This document shows, in pieces, positions 18,811 through 28,575 of a stretch of DNA of 64,000 bases. Origin of the DNA: Alphaproteobacteria bacterium. GTDB taxonomy: Bacteria > Pseudomonadota > Alphaproteobacteria > MPNO01. A program made the translations under genes and the position numbers. Every line of letters begins with the position of its first letter. Position 1 is the first letter of the stretch. A model generated the notes under the pieces. It saw only the letters and a list, made by a program, of their open reading frames with translations, did not search any database and was not told the origin of the DNA. Where the stretch lies: contig OZ219866.1 of assembly GCA_964291675.2 (NCBI GenBank), forward strand, positions 2,496,001-2,560,000, in the 5' to 3' direction.

Positions 18811-20022
18811 ATGCAACTGAAATGGCTTGTGCCCACGGTCGCCGGTCCGGCGATCGCGATCGCCGGGCTTCTGGCGGCGCCGATGCAGTCGCTCGCCATG
18901 GAGCGCACCGTCCATATCGCCGGCTTCGGCGCCAAGTCGGGCGTCGTCAGGTCGTTCGGCGTCAACACCGAGGCGGTGATGCTCGCCGCCGCCAACCAGA
19001 TCAACGCATCCGGCGGGGTCAAGCTCGGCGACGGCGCCACCGGCAAGATCAAGGTCACCTTCTACGACGACCGCTGCAACGCCGAGGAGGGCATCTCGGT
19101 GCTGCGCCGCATCGCCACCACCGACGCGGTGGTCGCGGTCGGGCCGACCTGCTCCAACGTCGCCGAGCCGCTGTTCGGCATCCTGCAGAAGAAGGTCGGC
19201 GACGACAAGGACACCGGGCTCCAGTTCCCGGTCTTCACCGACACCGCGATCAAGGGCGGGCTCGCCAAGATCTCGGAATGGGCATTCCGCAACGTGCCCA
19301 ACGAGATGGAGATGTACCGCCAGATGTTCAAGTGGATCAAGGCGCAGAACCCCGACCTCAAGACCGTCTTCGGCGGCGTCGAGGAGGATTTCGCGCATTC
19401 CCGCTTCACCTGGTACAAGGTGATGAAGACGCGGTCGGGCGATGCCGGCTATGAGGTGCTCGGCGAGGCCAAGTGGCTGCTGGCCGACACCAACTTCACC
19501 ACCCAGGTGCGCAAGATGCGCAAGGCCAAGGCCGATGTCGTGGCGATCTCGGCGCATCCCTTCACCACCTGCGGCGTGCTCAAGGAGATGCAGCGCCAGC
19601 GCGTCAAGCCGAAGCTGCTGGTCGGGCTGACCTCATCGTCCAGCCTGGAGACCCTGCAGGGCTGCGCCAAGCAGGCCGAGGGGATCATCATCCCGACCAG
19701 CTTCGCCCCGGTGACGCCGGCCGCGAAGATGGCCGCCGAGGCCGCCGCCAAGCTCGGCGGCAGCGCCGATCTGCACAGCGCCGCCGCCTGGGAGATCGTC
19801 AACATCCTCAAGGACGTGATCGAGTCCCAGAAGGTGATGGCCAAGGCCGACACGCTGAAGGCCGACAGGCGCAAGATCCGCGACGGGCTCGCCAACCTGA
19901 AGACCACCGGCGGGCTGCTCGGCAAGATCCAGCGGACCGACGAGGGCGAGGCGGTCAAGCCCTATGTCTACGTCCACGCCAAGGCCGGTGAGTGGGCGGT
20001 TCTCCACAACCCGATCAAGTAA
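18811..20022 (+). CDS. Liv-type (HAAT) ABC transporter substrate-binding protein
   Basis: AANQINASGG, YDDRCNAEEG, VGPTCS, TNFTTQV; signal peptide; heads a livHMGF-like operon. Confidence 0.9.
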   Translation: MQLKWLVPTVAGPAIAIAGLLAAPMQSLAMERTVHIAGFGAKSGVVRSFGVNTEAVMLAAANQINASGGVKLGDGATGKIKVTFYDDRCNAEEGISVLRRIATTDAVVAVGPTCSNVAEPLFGILQKKVGDDKDTGLQFPVFTDTAIKGGLAKISEWAFRNVPNEMEMYRQMFKWIKAQNPDLKTVFGGVEEDFAHSRFTWYKVMKTRSGDAGYEVLGEAKWLLADTNFTTQVRKMRKAKADVVAISAHPFTTCGVLKEMQRQRVKPKLLVGLTSSSSLETLQGCAKQAEGIIIPTSFAPVTPAAKMAAEAAAKLGGSADLHSAAAWEIVNILKDVIESQKVMAKADTLKADRRKIRDGLANLKTTGGLLGKIQRTDEGEAVKPYVYVHAKAGEWAVLHNPIK

Positions 20023-20032
20023 CGCTCGAATC

Positions 20033-20072
20033 CCCGGCGGGCCGGCGCAAAGTCGGCCCGCCGGGTGCTTTT
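20033..20072 (+). terminator. GC-rich hairpin plus T tract after the SBP gene (terminator or stabiliser)
   Basis: CCCGGCGGGCCG...CGGCCCGCCGGG followed by TGCTTTT. Confidence 0.6.
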
Positions 20073-20089
20073 GCTGACGGGGGCGCGGG

Positions 20090-20986
20090 ATGGAGGACTT
20101 CCTGTTCGACCTGATCGACCTGGTTCAGTCGATCGCCGACGGGCTCCTGTTCGGGACCACCTATGCGATGATCGGGATCGGCTTCACGCTGATCTTCGGC
20201 GTCATGGACAAGCTCAACATGAGCTACGCCGCCGCCGCCATCGCCGGGGCCTATTCCAGCATCGCGGCGTTCGCGCTGGTCCCCTTGCCGGCGCCGGCGG
20301 TGTTTCTCGTCGCGGCGGTCTCCGCCGGCATTTTCGGCTATGTGATCTACCTGCTCTGCTTCCGCTTCATCCCGCTGGCGAGCCCGCTTGCCACGCTGAT
20401 GGCGACCGTCGGCATGCTGCTGCTGATCGACGAGATCGTGGTCCACGAAACCGACGGCATGCCGCAGCCCTACCCGGCGCTGTTCGACGACGTGATGATC
20501 GAGCTCGGGCCGTTCGGGCTGCGCGGCGACCTGATGTTCGTCTTCGGGGTCAGCGTCGTCGCCATGGGGCTGCTGCTCTACTTGATCTACCGCACGCGGC
20601 TCGGCATCGCGACGCGGGCGGTCTCGCAGCAGCCGGTGGCGGCGCAGCTCTGCGGCATCGGTCTGGAGCGCACCAACGCGATGACCTTCGTCATCACCGG
20701 GGTGCTCGGCGGCGTCGCCGGCGCGATGATCGGGGCGGCGGTCGGCGTGCTGTCGCCGCTGCTCACGCTGCCGTTCACCGTCAAGGGGCTGATCGTCACC
20801 GTCATCGGCGGGCTCGGCAGCATCCCCGGCGCGATCGTCGCCGGCCTCCTGGTCGGCGCCTTCGAGAACATGTTCCAGTTCCTGCGCGGCGTCACCGAGC
20901 GCGACATGTACGTGATGCTGCTCCTGTTCGTGTTCCTGTTCCTGCGCCCCGGCGGCATCTTCTCCCGCCCGGCCGGGCGGGACTGA
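20090..20986 (+). CDS. livH: Liv-type ABC permease, LivH-like
   Basis: YAMIGIGFTLIFGVM, RTRLGIATRAVS, IGGLGSIPGA. Confidence 0.92.
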   Translation: MEDFLFDLIDLVQSIADGLLFGTTYAMIGIGFTLIFGVMDKLNMSYAAAAIAGAYSSIAAFALVPLPAPAVFLVAAVSAGIFGYVIYLLCFRFIPLASPLATLMATVGMLLLIDEIVVHETDGMPQPYPALFDDVMIELGPFGLRGDLMFVFGVSVVAMGLLLYLIYRTRLGIATRAVSQQPVAAQLCGIGLERTNAMTFVITGVLGGVAGAMIGAAVGVLSPLLTLPFTVKGLIVTVIGGLGSIPGAIVAGLLVGAFENMFQFLRGVTERDMYVMLLLFVFLFLRPGGIFSRPAGRD

Positions 20987-21001
20987 AGGACCGCGCGCGG
21001 G

Positions 21002-21910
21002 ATGGATTTCTATCTCGGCCTCCTGCAGATCATCGGGGTCCACACGATCCTCGGCCTGTCGGCCTATGTGGTGATGCTCACCGGCCAGCTCAGCCTGGCG
21101 CAGGCCGGGTTCTTCGCGATCGGCGCCTATGTGTCGGGCATGCTCACAGTGCTTGCCGGGTTCCACATCCTGCCGGCGATGCTGGCCGGCGGCCTGCTTG
21201 CCGGCGTGATGGCGTGCATCGTCGGGTTTCCGGCGCTGCGGGTTAAGGGGCTGATGCTGGTCATCGCGACGCTCGCCTTCGGCGAGTTCGTGCGGCTGTT
21301 CTTCTTCAACTTCGACTACCAGATCTCCAAGGGCGGGATCGCCGTCGGGCCGCTCGGCGGGGAGGGGTTCCGCCAGATCCGCTTCTTCCCCGAGAACGGC
21401 TGGACCTCGCTCGACGTGATGCTGTTCGTCTGGGGGGTGGTGATCGCCGTCATGGCGGCGCTCTGGTGGATGGACCGCTCGCGCGCCGGCGCGGTGCTGC
21501 GCGCGGTCGGCGAGGACGAGCTCGCCGCCCAGAGCGCGGGCATCAACCTCACCGTGGTCAAGGTCGCGGCGATGACCGCGGGCGGTTTCATCGCCGGGCT
21601 CGGCGGCGCCCTCTACGCCCATTACACGACGCATATCGAGCACCTGAATTTCGGCGTGATCCTCGCCACCTTCGCCATCGCCTACCCGATCCTGGGCGGG
21701 CTCTCCAACGTCTTCGGCACGCTGATCGCGGTGATCTTCATCCAGGGCGTGCTGGTCGAGGGTCTGCGGTTCCTCGGCGACTGGCGCAACCTCTTGTTCG
21801 GCGCGCTGATCGTGCTGGCGATGAACGTGCGTCCGCGCGGGCTGCTCGACGAGCGGTCGATGGCGCTCCTCAAGGGCCTGTTCACCGGCCGGGACCATGC
21901 TCGTACTTAG
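21002..21910 (+). CDS. livM: Liv-type ABC permease, LivM-like
   Basis: GQLSLAQAGFFAIGAY, ATLAFGE, RAVGEDELAA. Confidence 0.92.
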   Translation: MDFYLGLLQIIGVHTILGLSAYVVMLTGQLSLAQAGFFAIGAYVSGMLTVLAGFHILPAMLAGGLLAGVMACIVGFPALRVKGLMLVIATLAFGEFVRLFFFNFDYQISKGGIAVGPLGGEGFRQIRFFPENGWTSLDVMLFVWGVVIAVMAALWWMDRSRAGAVLRAVGEDELAAQSAGINLTVVKVAAMTAGGFIAGLGGALYAHYTTHIEHLNFGVILATFAIAYPILGGLSNVFGTLIAVIFIQGVLVEGLRFLGDWRNLLFGALIVLAMNVRPRGLLDERSMALLKGLFTGRDHART

Positions 21911-22664
21911 GTCGCTGTCCAAGCATTTCGGCGGCGTGCGCGCGGTCGACGGGCTCGATCTCGAGGTCGCGGAGGGCGAGATCTTCGGCCTGATCGGCCC
22001 CAACGGCTCGGGCAAGAGCACCACCGTCAACCTGATCTGCGGCGTGTTCCCGGTGACCGCGGGGGAGGTGCGGTTCAAGGATCGCGACATCACCCACGCC
22101 CAGCCGCATGTCTGCCTCGCCGCCGGTATCGCGCGCACCTTCCAGAACATCCGCCTGTTCGGCCATCTGAGCGTCTGGCAGAATTTGTGGGTGGCGCAGA
22201 ATGCCCTTGCCGACCGCAAGTCGACCCGCTTCGTGAACCGCTGGTTCTCCGGCTCCCGGCAGGCGCGCGCGGACACCGGGGCGCTGCTGGAATTCGCCGG
22301 GCTCGGCGCCAAGGCGGACGAGCTCGCCGGCAATCTCTCCTTCGGCGAGCAGCGCCGGCTGGAGCTGGCGCGCGCGCTGGCCGCCAAGCCGACGATGCTG
22401 CTGCTCGACGAGCCCGCGGCCGGGATGAACATGGAAGAGGTGGGCGCGCTCCGCGAGCGCCTGCACGCGCTGCGCGACGACGGCAAGACGATCCTGCTGG
22501 TCGAGCACGTGATGGAGCTGGTCATGGGGGTGACGGACCGCATCGCGGTGCTCAATTTCGGCCAGAAGATCGCCGAGGGAACGCCGGACGAGATCCAGAA
22601 CGACAAGCTGGTTCGCGAGGCCTATCTCGGCACCTCCGGGCAGGCCGGGCAGGGCGATGCTTGA
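21897..22664 (+). CDS. livG: Liv-type ABC ATPase, LivG-like
   Basis: GPNGSGKST, ARTFQNIRLF, LLLDEPAAG. Confidence 0.93.
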   Translation: MLVLRSLSKHFGGVRAVDGLDLEVAEGEIFGLIGPNGSGKSTTVNLICGVFPVTAGEVRFKDRDITHAQPHVCLAAGIARTFQNIRLFGHLSVWQNLWVAQNALADRKSTRFVNRWFSGSRQARADTGALLEFAGLGAKADELAGNLSFGEQRRLELARALAAKPTMLLLDEPAAGMNMEEVGALRERLHALRDDGKTILLVEHVMELVMGVTDRIAVLNFGQKIAEGTPDEIQNDKLVREAYLGTSGQAGQGDA

Positions 22665-23379
22665 GGTGCGCGACATCGCCACCTCCTACGGCAAGATCGA
22701 GGCCCTGCGCGGCGTCGATCTCGCGGTGGCGGACGGGCGGATCACCTGCCTGCTGGGCCCCAACGGCGCCGGCAAGACGACGCTGATGATGACCATCGCG
22801 GGCATCCTCAACCCGACGCGCGGCTCCATCGTCTTCGACGGCGCCGAGCTGGTCGGCCAGACGCCGAGCCGCATCGTCGAGCGCGGCATCGCGCTGGTGC
22901 CCGAGAACCGCCTCGTGTTCGCCGAGATGGACGTGCGCGAGAACCTGATCGCCGGCGCCTATCGCAGGCTCGCGAGGGAGCGCGCCGAGGTGGACCGGGA
23001 CCTGGAGCGCATGTTCGACCGGTTCCCGATACTGCGCGAGCGCGCCGAGCAGAACGCAGGCACGCTGTCGGGCGGCGAGCAGCAGATGCTGGCCGTCGCC
23101 CGCGCGCTGATGGCGCGCCCCCGGCTGTTGCTGATGGACGAGCCCTCGCTCGGCCTCGCGCCGCTGATGGTGGAGGAGATCTTCCGCATCATCCGCGACC
23201 TGCACAGCGACGGCACGTCGATCTTCCTGGTCGAGCAGAACGCCCACATGGCGTTGCAGGTGGCGCATCATTTCTTCCTGCTCGAACAGGGACGGGTGAC
23301 CTTCTCCGGCACGCCGGGCGAGCTCGCCGAGGACGAGGTCATCCAGAGGGCCTATCTGGGGTCGCGGCCGGACGGCTGA
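22657..23379 (+). CDS. livF: Liv-type ABC ATPase, LivF-like
   Basis: GPNGAGKTT, LSGGEQQM, MDEPSLGLAP. Confidence 0.93.
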   Translation: MLEVRDIATSYGKIEALRGVDLAVADGRITCLLGPNGAGKTTLMMTIAGILNPTRGSIVFDGAELVGQTPSRIVERGIALVPENRLVFAEMDVRENLIAGAYRRLARERAEVDRDLERMFDRFPILRERAEQNAGTLSGGEQQMLAVARALMARPRLLLMDEPSLGLAPLMVEEIFRIIRDLHSDGTSIFLVEQNAHMALQVAHHFFLLEQGRVTFSGTPGELAEDEVIQRAYLGSRPDG

Positions 23380-23385
23380 CGGCCG

Positions 23386-24285
23386 ATGGTCGATTTCGTC
23401 CAGAACTGCTTCGACGGGGCGATGCTGGGCTCCTCCTACGCCCTGCTCGCCATCGGCTTCACCCTGATCTTCGGGGTGATGCGGCGTCTCAACCTGTCCT
23501 ACGGGCCGTCGATCATGCTGGGCGCGTTCGTCGGCACGCTGATCTTCCTCGAATTCCGCGCCGGCAGCCTGGCCGTCGCCGCGGCCACGGTGCTGGGCGC
23601 GGTGCTGGTCGGCATCTATGTCGAACGGCTCTGCTTCTGGGCGATCCGCCGCGGCGCCGCGGTCGCCTCCATGGTCTCCAGCTTCGCCATCTGGATGCAG
23701 CTCGAGGAGCTGGTCACGGTGGTGTTCCCCGACCGAACCTATCCCTTCCCGCCGCTCATCGAGGCGGCGCCGATCGATTTCGGGCCGTTCTTCTTCAAGG
23801 TCGAGAACCTGGTGATGTTCGCCTCGGCCGCGGCGCTCACCGTCGCGCTTCACCTCGCCCTCTACCGCACGCGCTTCGGGCTCCGCCTGCGCGCGGTCTC
23901 GGAGAACCCGGACGCGGCGCGCTATATGGGGATCAACATCGCCGCGGTCACCTTCTTCGCCTTCGCCCTGGCATCGGCGATCGGCGGCGTCGCCGGCTAC
24001 CTGATCGTCTCGGCCGATGCCCAGATCACCCCGCTGTTCGGGCTGTGGGCGACCTTCAAGGGGCTGATCGCGATGATGCTGGGCGGCATGGGATCGATCC
24101 CCGGCGCCATACTGGGCGGGCTGCTGCTCGGCGTCGTCGAGGCGCAGAGCATCTGGTATCTCGGCACCGAGTACCGCGACCTCTGCGCGTATGCGCTCCT
24201 GTTCCTGTTCCTGGTGTTCCGCCCCGGCGGGCTGTTCGGCCACGCCCTCGCCGAACGGGAGCGGCTGGCGCTGAGGCGGGTGTGA
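23386..24285 (+). CDS. livH: Second LivH-like permease
   Basis: YALLAIGFTLIFGVM, RTRFGLRLRAVSEN, LGGMGSIPGA. Confidence 0.9.
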   Translation: MVDFVQNCFDGAMLGSSYALLAIGFTLIFGVMRRLNLSYGPSIMLGAFVGTLIFLEFRAGSLAVAAATVLGAVLVGIYVERLCFWAIRRGAAVASMVSSFAIWMQLEELVTVVFPDRTYPFPPLIEAAPIDFGPFFFKVENLVMFASAAALTVALHLALYRTRFGLRLRAVSENPDAARYMGINIAAVTFFAFALASAIGGVAGYLIVSADAQITPLFGLWATFKGLIAMMLGGMGSIPGAILGGLLLGVVEAQSIWYLGTEYRDLCAYALLFLFLVFRPGGLFGHALAERERLALRRV

Positions 24286-24403
24286 AGCCGCGCCGCTGGT
24301 GGCGCATGGGGATGACATTTACTCCCTGAATGGCCGTTGCTAAGATTTTTGGCCAATTCGATAACGCGTTGCGAGAACAACGCCACTCTTGGGAGGATCT
24401 ACA

Positions 24404-25456
24404 ATGTCGATCAGATTGCCGGCGCGGGGGCTTTCGGTCCTGGCCGCCACGTTCCTGTTCGCCGCCGGCGCGCTCCAATCCGCGCAGGCGCAGGACTTCG
24501 TGCTCAAGTTCGGAACCCTCGACTCGCCCCAGTCGATCATCGGCAAGGGCCAGAAATGGTACCTCGATCGCGTCGAGGAGCTCAGCAAGGGCAAGGTGAA
24601 GTTCGAGCCCTACTGGTCGAGCTCGCTGGTCCCCTCGCGCCAGCTTCTGGACGCGCTCAACTCCGGCATCTCGGATGTGAGCTTCATCATCCCGGGCTAT
24701 TACCCGGGCAAGCTCCCGCTGCTGACCGTGGCCACCCTTCCGACCACCTATTCCAACGCCTACACCTTCGGCAAGGCGATGAGCGACCTGGTCGCGGCGA
24801 CCCCGGAGATCCGCCAGCAGCTCGCCAAATGGGGCGCCCGCTATCTGGTGAGCCAGCCCTTCCCGCCCTACAACCTTTTGTCGCGCGCGCCGGTGAAATC
24901 CGTCGCCGACATGAAGGGGCTCAAGGTCCGCGCCTTCGGGGCGCAGGCCAAGCTGATGAAGCGGCTCGGCGCGGTGCCGGTCGGCATCCCGACGCCCGAG
25001 GTCTACACCTCGCTGCAGCGCGGCACCATCGACGCCGCATCCTACCCGCCGCTGCTGATCGTCGACTTCAAGCTGCACGAGGTCGGCAAGCATTTCTGGG
25101 CCCAGCCGCTGGCCAGCAACACGTCGCTGCTCGCCATCCGCCTGAAGACCTGGGACAAGCTGCCGCCGGAGGTCCAGAAGGCGTTCGACCAGGCGTCCGC
25201 GGAGAACCACGCAGCCTATCACAAGATCGTCCAGGTCGAGGGCAACGAAGGCTCGGCGAGGGAGGCGTTCAAGAAGGCGGGCGTCGCCATCAGCCCGGGC
25301 AGCCAGGCCGCGACGGACACTATCGACAAGCACACCGCGCCGATCTGGGAGGAGTGGATCCAGGACATGGAGAAGAAGGGCCTGCCCGGGCGCAAGGTGG
25401 CCGAGACCTTCGCCGCGGCGCTCGCCAAGGCGTCCAAGGAGGTGCCGGGCAAGTAG
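24404..25456 (+). CDS. dctP: TRAP substrate-binding protein
   Basis: Signal peptide, DMKGLKVR, EVYTSLQRGTIDA; GGAGG RBS. Confidence 0.93.
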   Translation: MSIRLPARGLSVLAATFLFAAGALQSAQAQDFVLKFGTLDSPQSIIGKGQKWYLDRVEELSKGKVKFEPYWSSSLVPSRQLLDALNSGISDVSFIIPGYYPGKLPLLTVATLPTTYSNAYTFGKAMSDLVAATPEIRQQLAKWGARYLVSQPFPPYNLLSRAPVKSVADMKGLKVRAFGAQAKLMKRLGAVPVGIPTPEVYTSLQRGTIDAASYPPLLIVDFKLHEVGKHFWAQPLASNTSLLAIRLKTWDKLPPEVQKAFDQASAENHAAYHKIVQVEGNEGSAREAFKKAGVAISPGSQAATDTIDKHTAPIWEEWIQDMEKKGLPGRKVAETFAAALAKASKEVPGK

Positions 25457-25521
25457 GAAAGGCCCGGGCGTCACCCACCTGACCGCGGGGGTCCCGGCGC
25501 GGGACCCCCGAGAGGGGAGCG

Positions 25522-26058
25522 ATCATCGCAAGCGGCCTCGGCAGGACCATCGTCGCCTGGCAGGCGCATGTCGAGAAGGCGAGCACGGCGGTCGCCGCCG
25601 GCGTCATCTTCTCTCTCATGCTGCTCGTCGTGGCGGACGTGCTGGGGCGCAAGCTGTTCAACGCGCCGATCCAGGGCGCCATCGAGGTCACCGAGCTGAC
25701 GCTGGTGGTGATGGTCTATCTGAGCGTCGCCTACGTCCAGGGACGCCGAGAGCATATCCGGCTGGAGCTGTTCTCGTCGCGCCTTTCCGAGCGCGGGCTG
25801 AGACGGCTGAACCTGTTCAGCCTGGTCGTCGCGCTGGTGATCTGCCTGGTCATCACCTGGCGGATCGGGCTGTTCGCCTGGGAGTCCTGGGTGACCGGCG
25901 ACCACACCATGGGCCTGGTCGAGATCCCGATCTGGCCGAGCAAGGTCGCGGTCTTCTTCGGCTTCGTCCTGCTGTCCCTGCGGCTGGTCATCGACCTCGC
26001 CGGCGCGCTGCTCGGTGCCGAGACCGGGCACGGGCCGCAGGACGCCGCTTCGGGCTAG
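25522..26058 (+). CDS. dctQ: TRAP small permease (start uncertain; frame open from ATC at 25522, first ATG at 25618)
   Basis: ADVLGRKLFNAPI, EHIRLELF, IPIWP. Confidence 0.85.
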   Translation: MIASGLGRTIVAWQAHVEKASTAVAAGVIFSLMLLVVADVLGRKLFNAPIQGAIEVTELTLVVMVYLSVAYVQGRREHIRLELFSSRLSERGLRRLNLFSLVVALVICLVITWRIGLFAWESWVTGDHTMGLVEIPIWPSKVAVFFGFVLLSLRLVIDLAGALLGAETGHGPQDAASG

Positions 26059-26073
26059 GGTCCGGATATCGTC

Positions 26074-27375
26074 ATGCAGCCGACCGACATAGGCTGGCTC
26101 GCGATCGGCGTCCTCGCGGCGCTTCTCCTGCTGCGGGTCCCGGTCGCCTACGCCATGCTGACGGTGGGGTTCTTCGGCTATATCGGCATCGGCGGGGTCG
26201 AGGCGGCGCTGGGCGTGGTCGGGCTGATGGTGCATGCCTCGCTGGTCAAGTACGCGCTGACCGTCGTGCCGCTGTTCATCCTGATGGGGCATCTCGCCCA
26301 CCATGCGGGCTTCGCCGCGGACATCTTCACCACCGGGCAGCGCTGGCTGGGCCATTGGCCCGGCGGGGTGGTCCACGCCACGATCGCCGGCGCGGCTTCG
26401 TTCGGCGCCGCGTCGGGTTCGGGGATCGCCGCCTGCGCCACGGTGAGCAAGGTGACGATACCCGAGATGCTGGCGCTCGGCGTCGACCGGCGCCTCGCCT
26501 TCGGCAGCGTCGCCGCGGCGGGGACGCTCGCCACCATGATCCCGCCCAGCATCCTGATGATCATCTACGGGATCGTCACCGAGCAGTCGATCGCCCACCT
26601 GCTGATCGCCGGCATCCTTCCCGGCTGCGTCATCGCGCTGGTGTACATGGCGACGGTCTACCTCAAGGTGCGGCTCGACCCCACGCTCTGCCCCCGGCAG
26701 GAGAGGGCGAGCTGGAGGGAGCGACTGGTCGCGGTCAAGGGCGTGGCCGGCATCGGCGCGCTCGCCTTCGTGGTCATCGGCGGGATCTACACCGGCTGGT
26801 TCACGCCGACCGAGGCGGGCGCCTTCGGCGCCTTTGCCGCCTTCCTGCTCGCCCTGGCCACGCGGCGGCTGACCTGGGACCAGCTGCGCGACAGCCTGCT
26901 CGAGACCGCCCGGACCACCGGGATGGTCTATTTCATCGTCGCGGCCGCCTTCGTCTTCGGCACGTTTCTCGCCACCACGCGGCTGCCGACCAACATCTCC
27001 GAGCTGATCGTCAACGCGGACGTCAACCGCTACGCGATCCTGATCGCCATCGTCGCCTTCTATATCGCGCTGGGATGCTTCATCGACCCGCTGCCGGGCA
27101 TGATCCTCACGCTTCCCATCATCTTCCCCGCCATCGTGAGCCTCGGCTTCGACCCGATCTGGTTCGGCATTCTGCTAATCTATCTCTCGGAGCTCGCCAT
27201 GATCACGCCGCCCTTCGGGCTCCATCTGTTCGTGCTCAAGGGGATATTCCAGGATGCGGAGATGAACGAGGTCATCTTCGGCGCCGTGCCGTTCATCATG
27301 GCCGCCGTCGTCATCCTGTTCATCCTCATCGCCTTCCCCGAGGTCGCGCTGTGGCTGCCCTCGCAGATGCTGTGA
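26074..27375 (+). CDS. dctM: TRAP large permease
   Basis: VVPLFILMG, GTLATMIPPSI, FTPTEAG, ITPPFG. Confidence 0.94.
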   Translation: MQPTDIGWLAIGVLAALLLLRVPVAYAMLTVGFFGYIGIGGVEAALGVVGLMVHASLVKYALTVVPLFILMGHLAHHAGFAADIFTTGQRWLGHWPGGVVHATIAGAASFGAASGSGIAACATVSKVTIPEMLALGVDRRLAFGSVAAAGTLATMIPPSILMIIYGIVTEQSIAHLLIAGILPGCVIALVYMATVYLKVRLDPTLCPRQERASWRERLVAVKGVAGIGALAFVVIGGIYTGWFTPTEAGAFGAFAAFLLALATRRLTWDQLRDSLLETARTTGMVYFIVAAAFVFGTFLATTRLPTNISELIVNADVNRYAILIAIVAFYIALGCFIDPLPGMILTLPIIFPAIVSLGFDPIWFGILLIYLSELAMITPPFGLHLFVLKGIFQDAEMNEVIFGAVPFIMAAVVILFILIAFPEVALWLPSQML

Positions 27376-27421
27376 GGCGGCGGCAGCCGGATTCCAAAGC
27401 GCAAGGAGGACGCCGGACCCC

Positions 27422-27589
27422 ATGGCAGACAACACCGACAGGCTGGTTATCCGGGTCAACCAGCAGCAACGCGAGCTGCTGGAGAGACTCAAGCTCGAAG
27501 GAGAGTTCGGCGACACTCTCGCCGAGGTGGTGAGCGGCGTGTTTCGCCGCTACGCCGACGATGTCGCGAAGCGGGAGGGCAAGCGATGA
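27422..27589 (+). CDS. 55-aa protein, possibly ribbon-helix-helix-like (absent from the ORF track)
   Basis: AAGGAGG RBS; MADNTDRLVIRVNQQQRELLERLKLEGEFGDTLAEVVSGVFRRYADDVAKREGKR; ATGA overlap with the next gene. Confidence 0.65.
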   Translation: MADNTDRLVIRVNQQQRELLERLKLEGEFGDTLAEVVSGVFRRYADDVAKREGKR

Positions 27590-28539
27590 CGGCGCTCGGC
27601 GACCGGCGGCTCGACCTGGTGCTCGAGCCCGTCACCGGCAAGGCGGTGCCGGTCTACAAGGGCGAGACGCTGCGCATCGCCCAGCTCGAAGGCGGGCAGT
27701 GCGTCGACTTCAACTGCTACAATCTGCGCGACTACAAGGAGTACATGTCCACCGGCATCATGCGGCGCCAGGGCATGCGGGCCCGAGAAGGCCATTTCGT
27801 GTGGAGCGCGCCGCCCAGGTTCCGCCCCATGATGGTCGTCACCGCGATGCCCGAGACCTGCGTGACCGACTTGCTGGCGCCGCGCTGCAACGGCGCCATG
27901 ATGGAGATCATGTTCGGTTTCGAGACGCACACCAACTGCACCGATACCTTCACCGAGGCGGTGGGGGAGTACGGTCTGACGCCGGACGATCTGCACGATT
28001 CCCTCAACATGTGGATGAACACCGGGCTGACGCCGGACGGCGAGACCACCTATTCCTGGAACCCGGCCCGCAAGGGGGACCATGTGGACCTGCTGGCGCT
28101 GATGGACGTGCTGGCGGTGCCCATCGTGTGCGGCTCGGGGGATGTGCTGCTGACCAGCAACTTCTCCTTCAAGCCGATCGGCGTCGAGGTGTTCGGGCCG
28201 ACCGCGGAGACCGAGGCCAGGGTCGAGGCGCTGAACGCGGAGTACGTCTCGTTGAAGAACCAGCGCAGGGTCGAGGATTTCCGCGTGCGCGAGATCAGAA
28301 CCGAGCGCGAGCTCAAGCCGGTTTCCGGCTACCAGCCCGAATTCCCGAGCTTTCCGCTGACCTATACCGAAATCGCCCTCGAGATGACCGATGACGACCG
28401 GGAACGGTTAGAATATCTAAGGAACGCACGCTATCCTGGCAGCGACGAAGAGGTGGTGCTCGCCGCAATCATGTCGTGGTACCTGGAGAACCGGCGCAAC
28501 AAGACGTGGGATGTCTACCGGGGCGGGCTGAAGCCCTAG
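27586..28539 (+). CDS. DUF1989 (urea carboxylase-associated) family protein with C-terminal extension
   Basis: GETLRIAQLEGGQCVDF, DLLAPRC, HTNC, LNMWMN, GDHVDLLALMD. Confidence 0.85.
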   Translation: MTALGDRRLDLVLEPVTGKAVPVYKGETLRIAQLEGGQCVDFNCYNLRDYKEYMSTGIMRRQGMRAREGHFVWSAPPRFRPMMVVTAMPETCVTDLLAPRCNGAMMEIMFGFETHTNCTDTFTEAVGEYGLTPDDLHDSLNMWMNTGLTPDGETTYSWNPARKGDHVDLLALMDVLAVPIVCGSGDVLLTSNFSFKPIGVEVFGPTAETEARVEALNAEYVSLKNQRRVEDFRVREIRTERELKPVSGYQPEFPSFPLTYTEIALEMTDDDRERLEYLRNARYPGSDEEVVLAAIMSWYLENRRNKTWDVYRGGLKP

Positions 28540-28575
28540 ATCCGGCGAGGGCGCGGGCCGACGCGCCAGGGAGGA

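Noticed and set aside
20015-22606. Very long antisense or alternate-frame ORFs (also 42549-44921, 50778-53282, 55035-57260, 61041-63446)
   Set aside because: Expected stop-poor shadows in high-GC DNA; no motifs, and they overlap well-supported genes
24290-24403. Guanidine riboswitch upstream of the TRAP-DUF1989 operon
   Set aside because: No paired ACGR hairpins or ykkC-like conserved 3' motif visible
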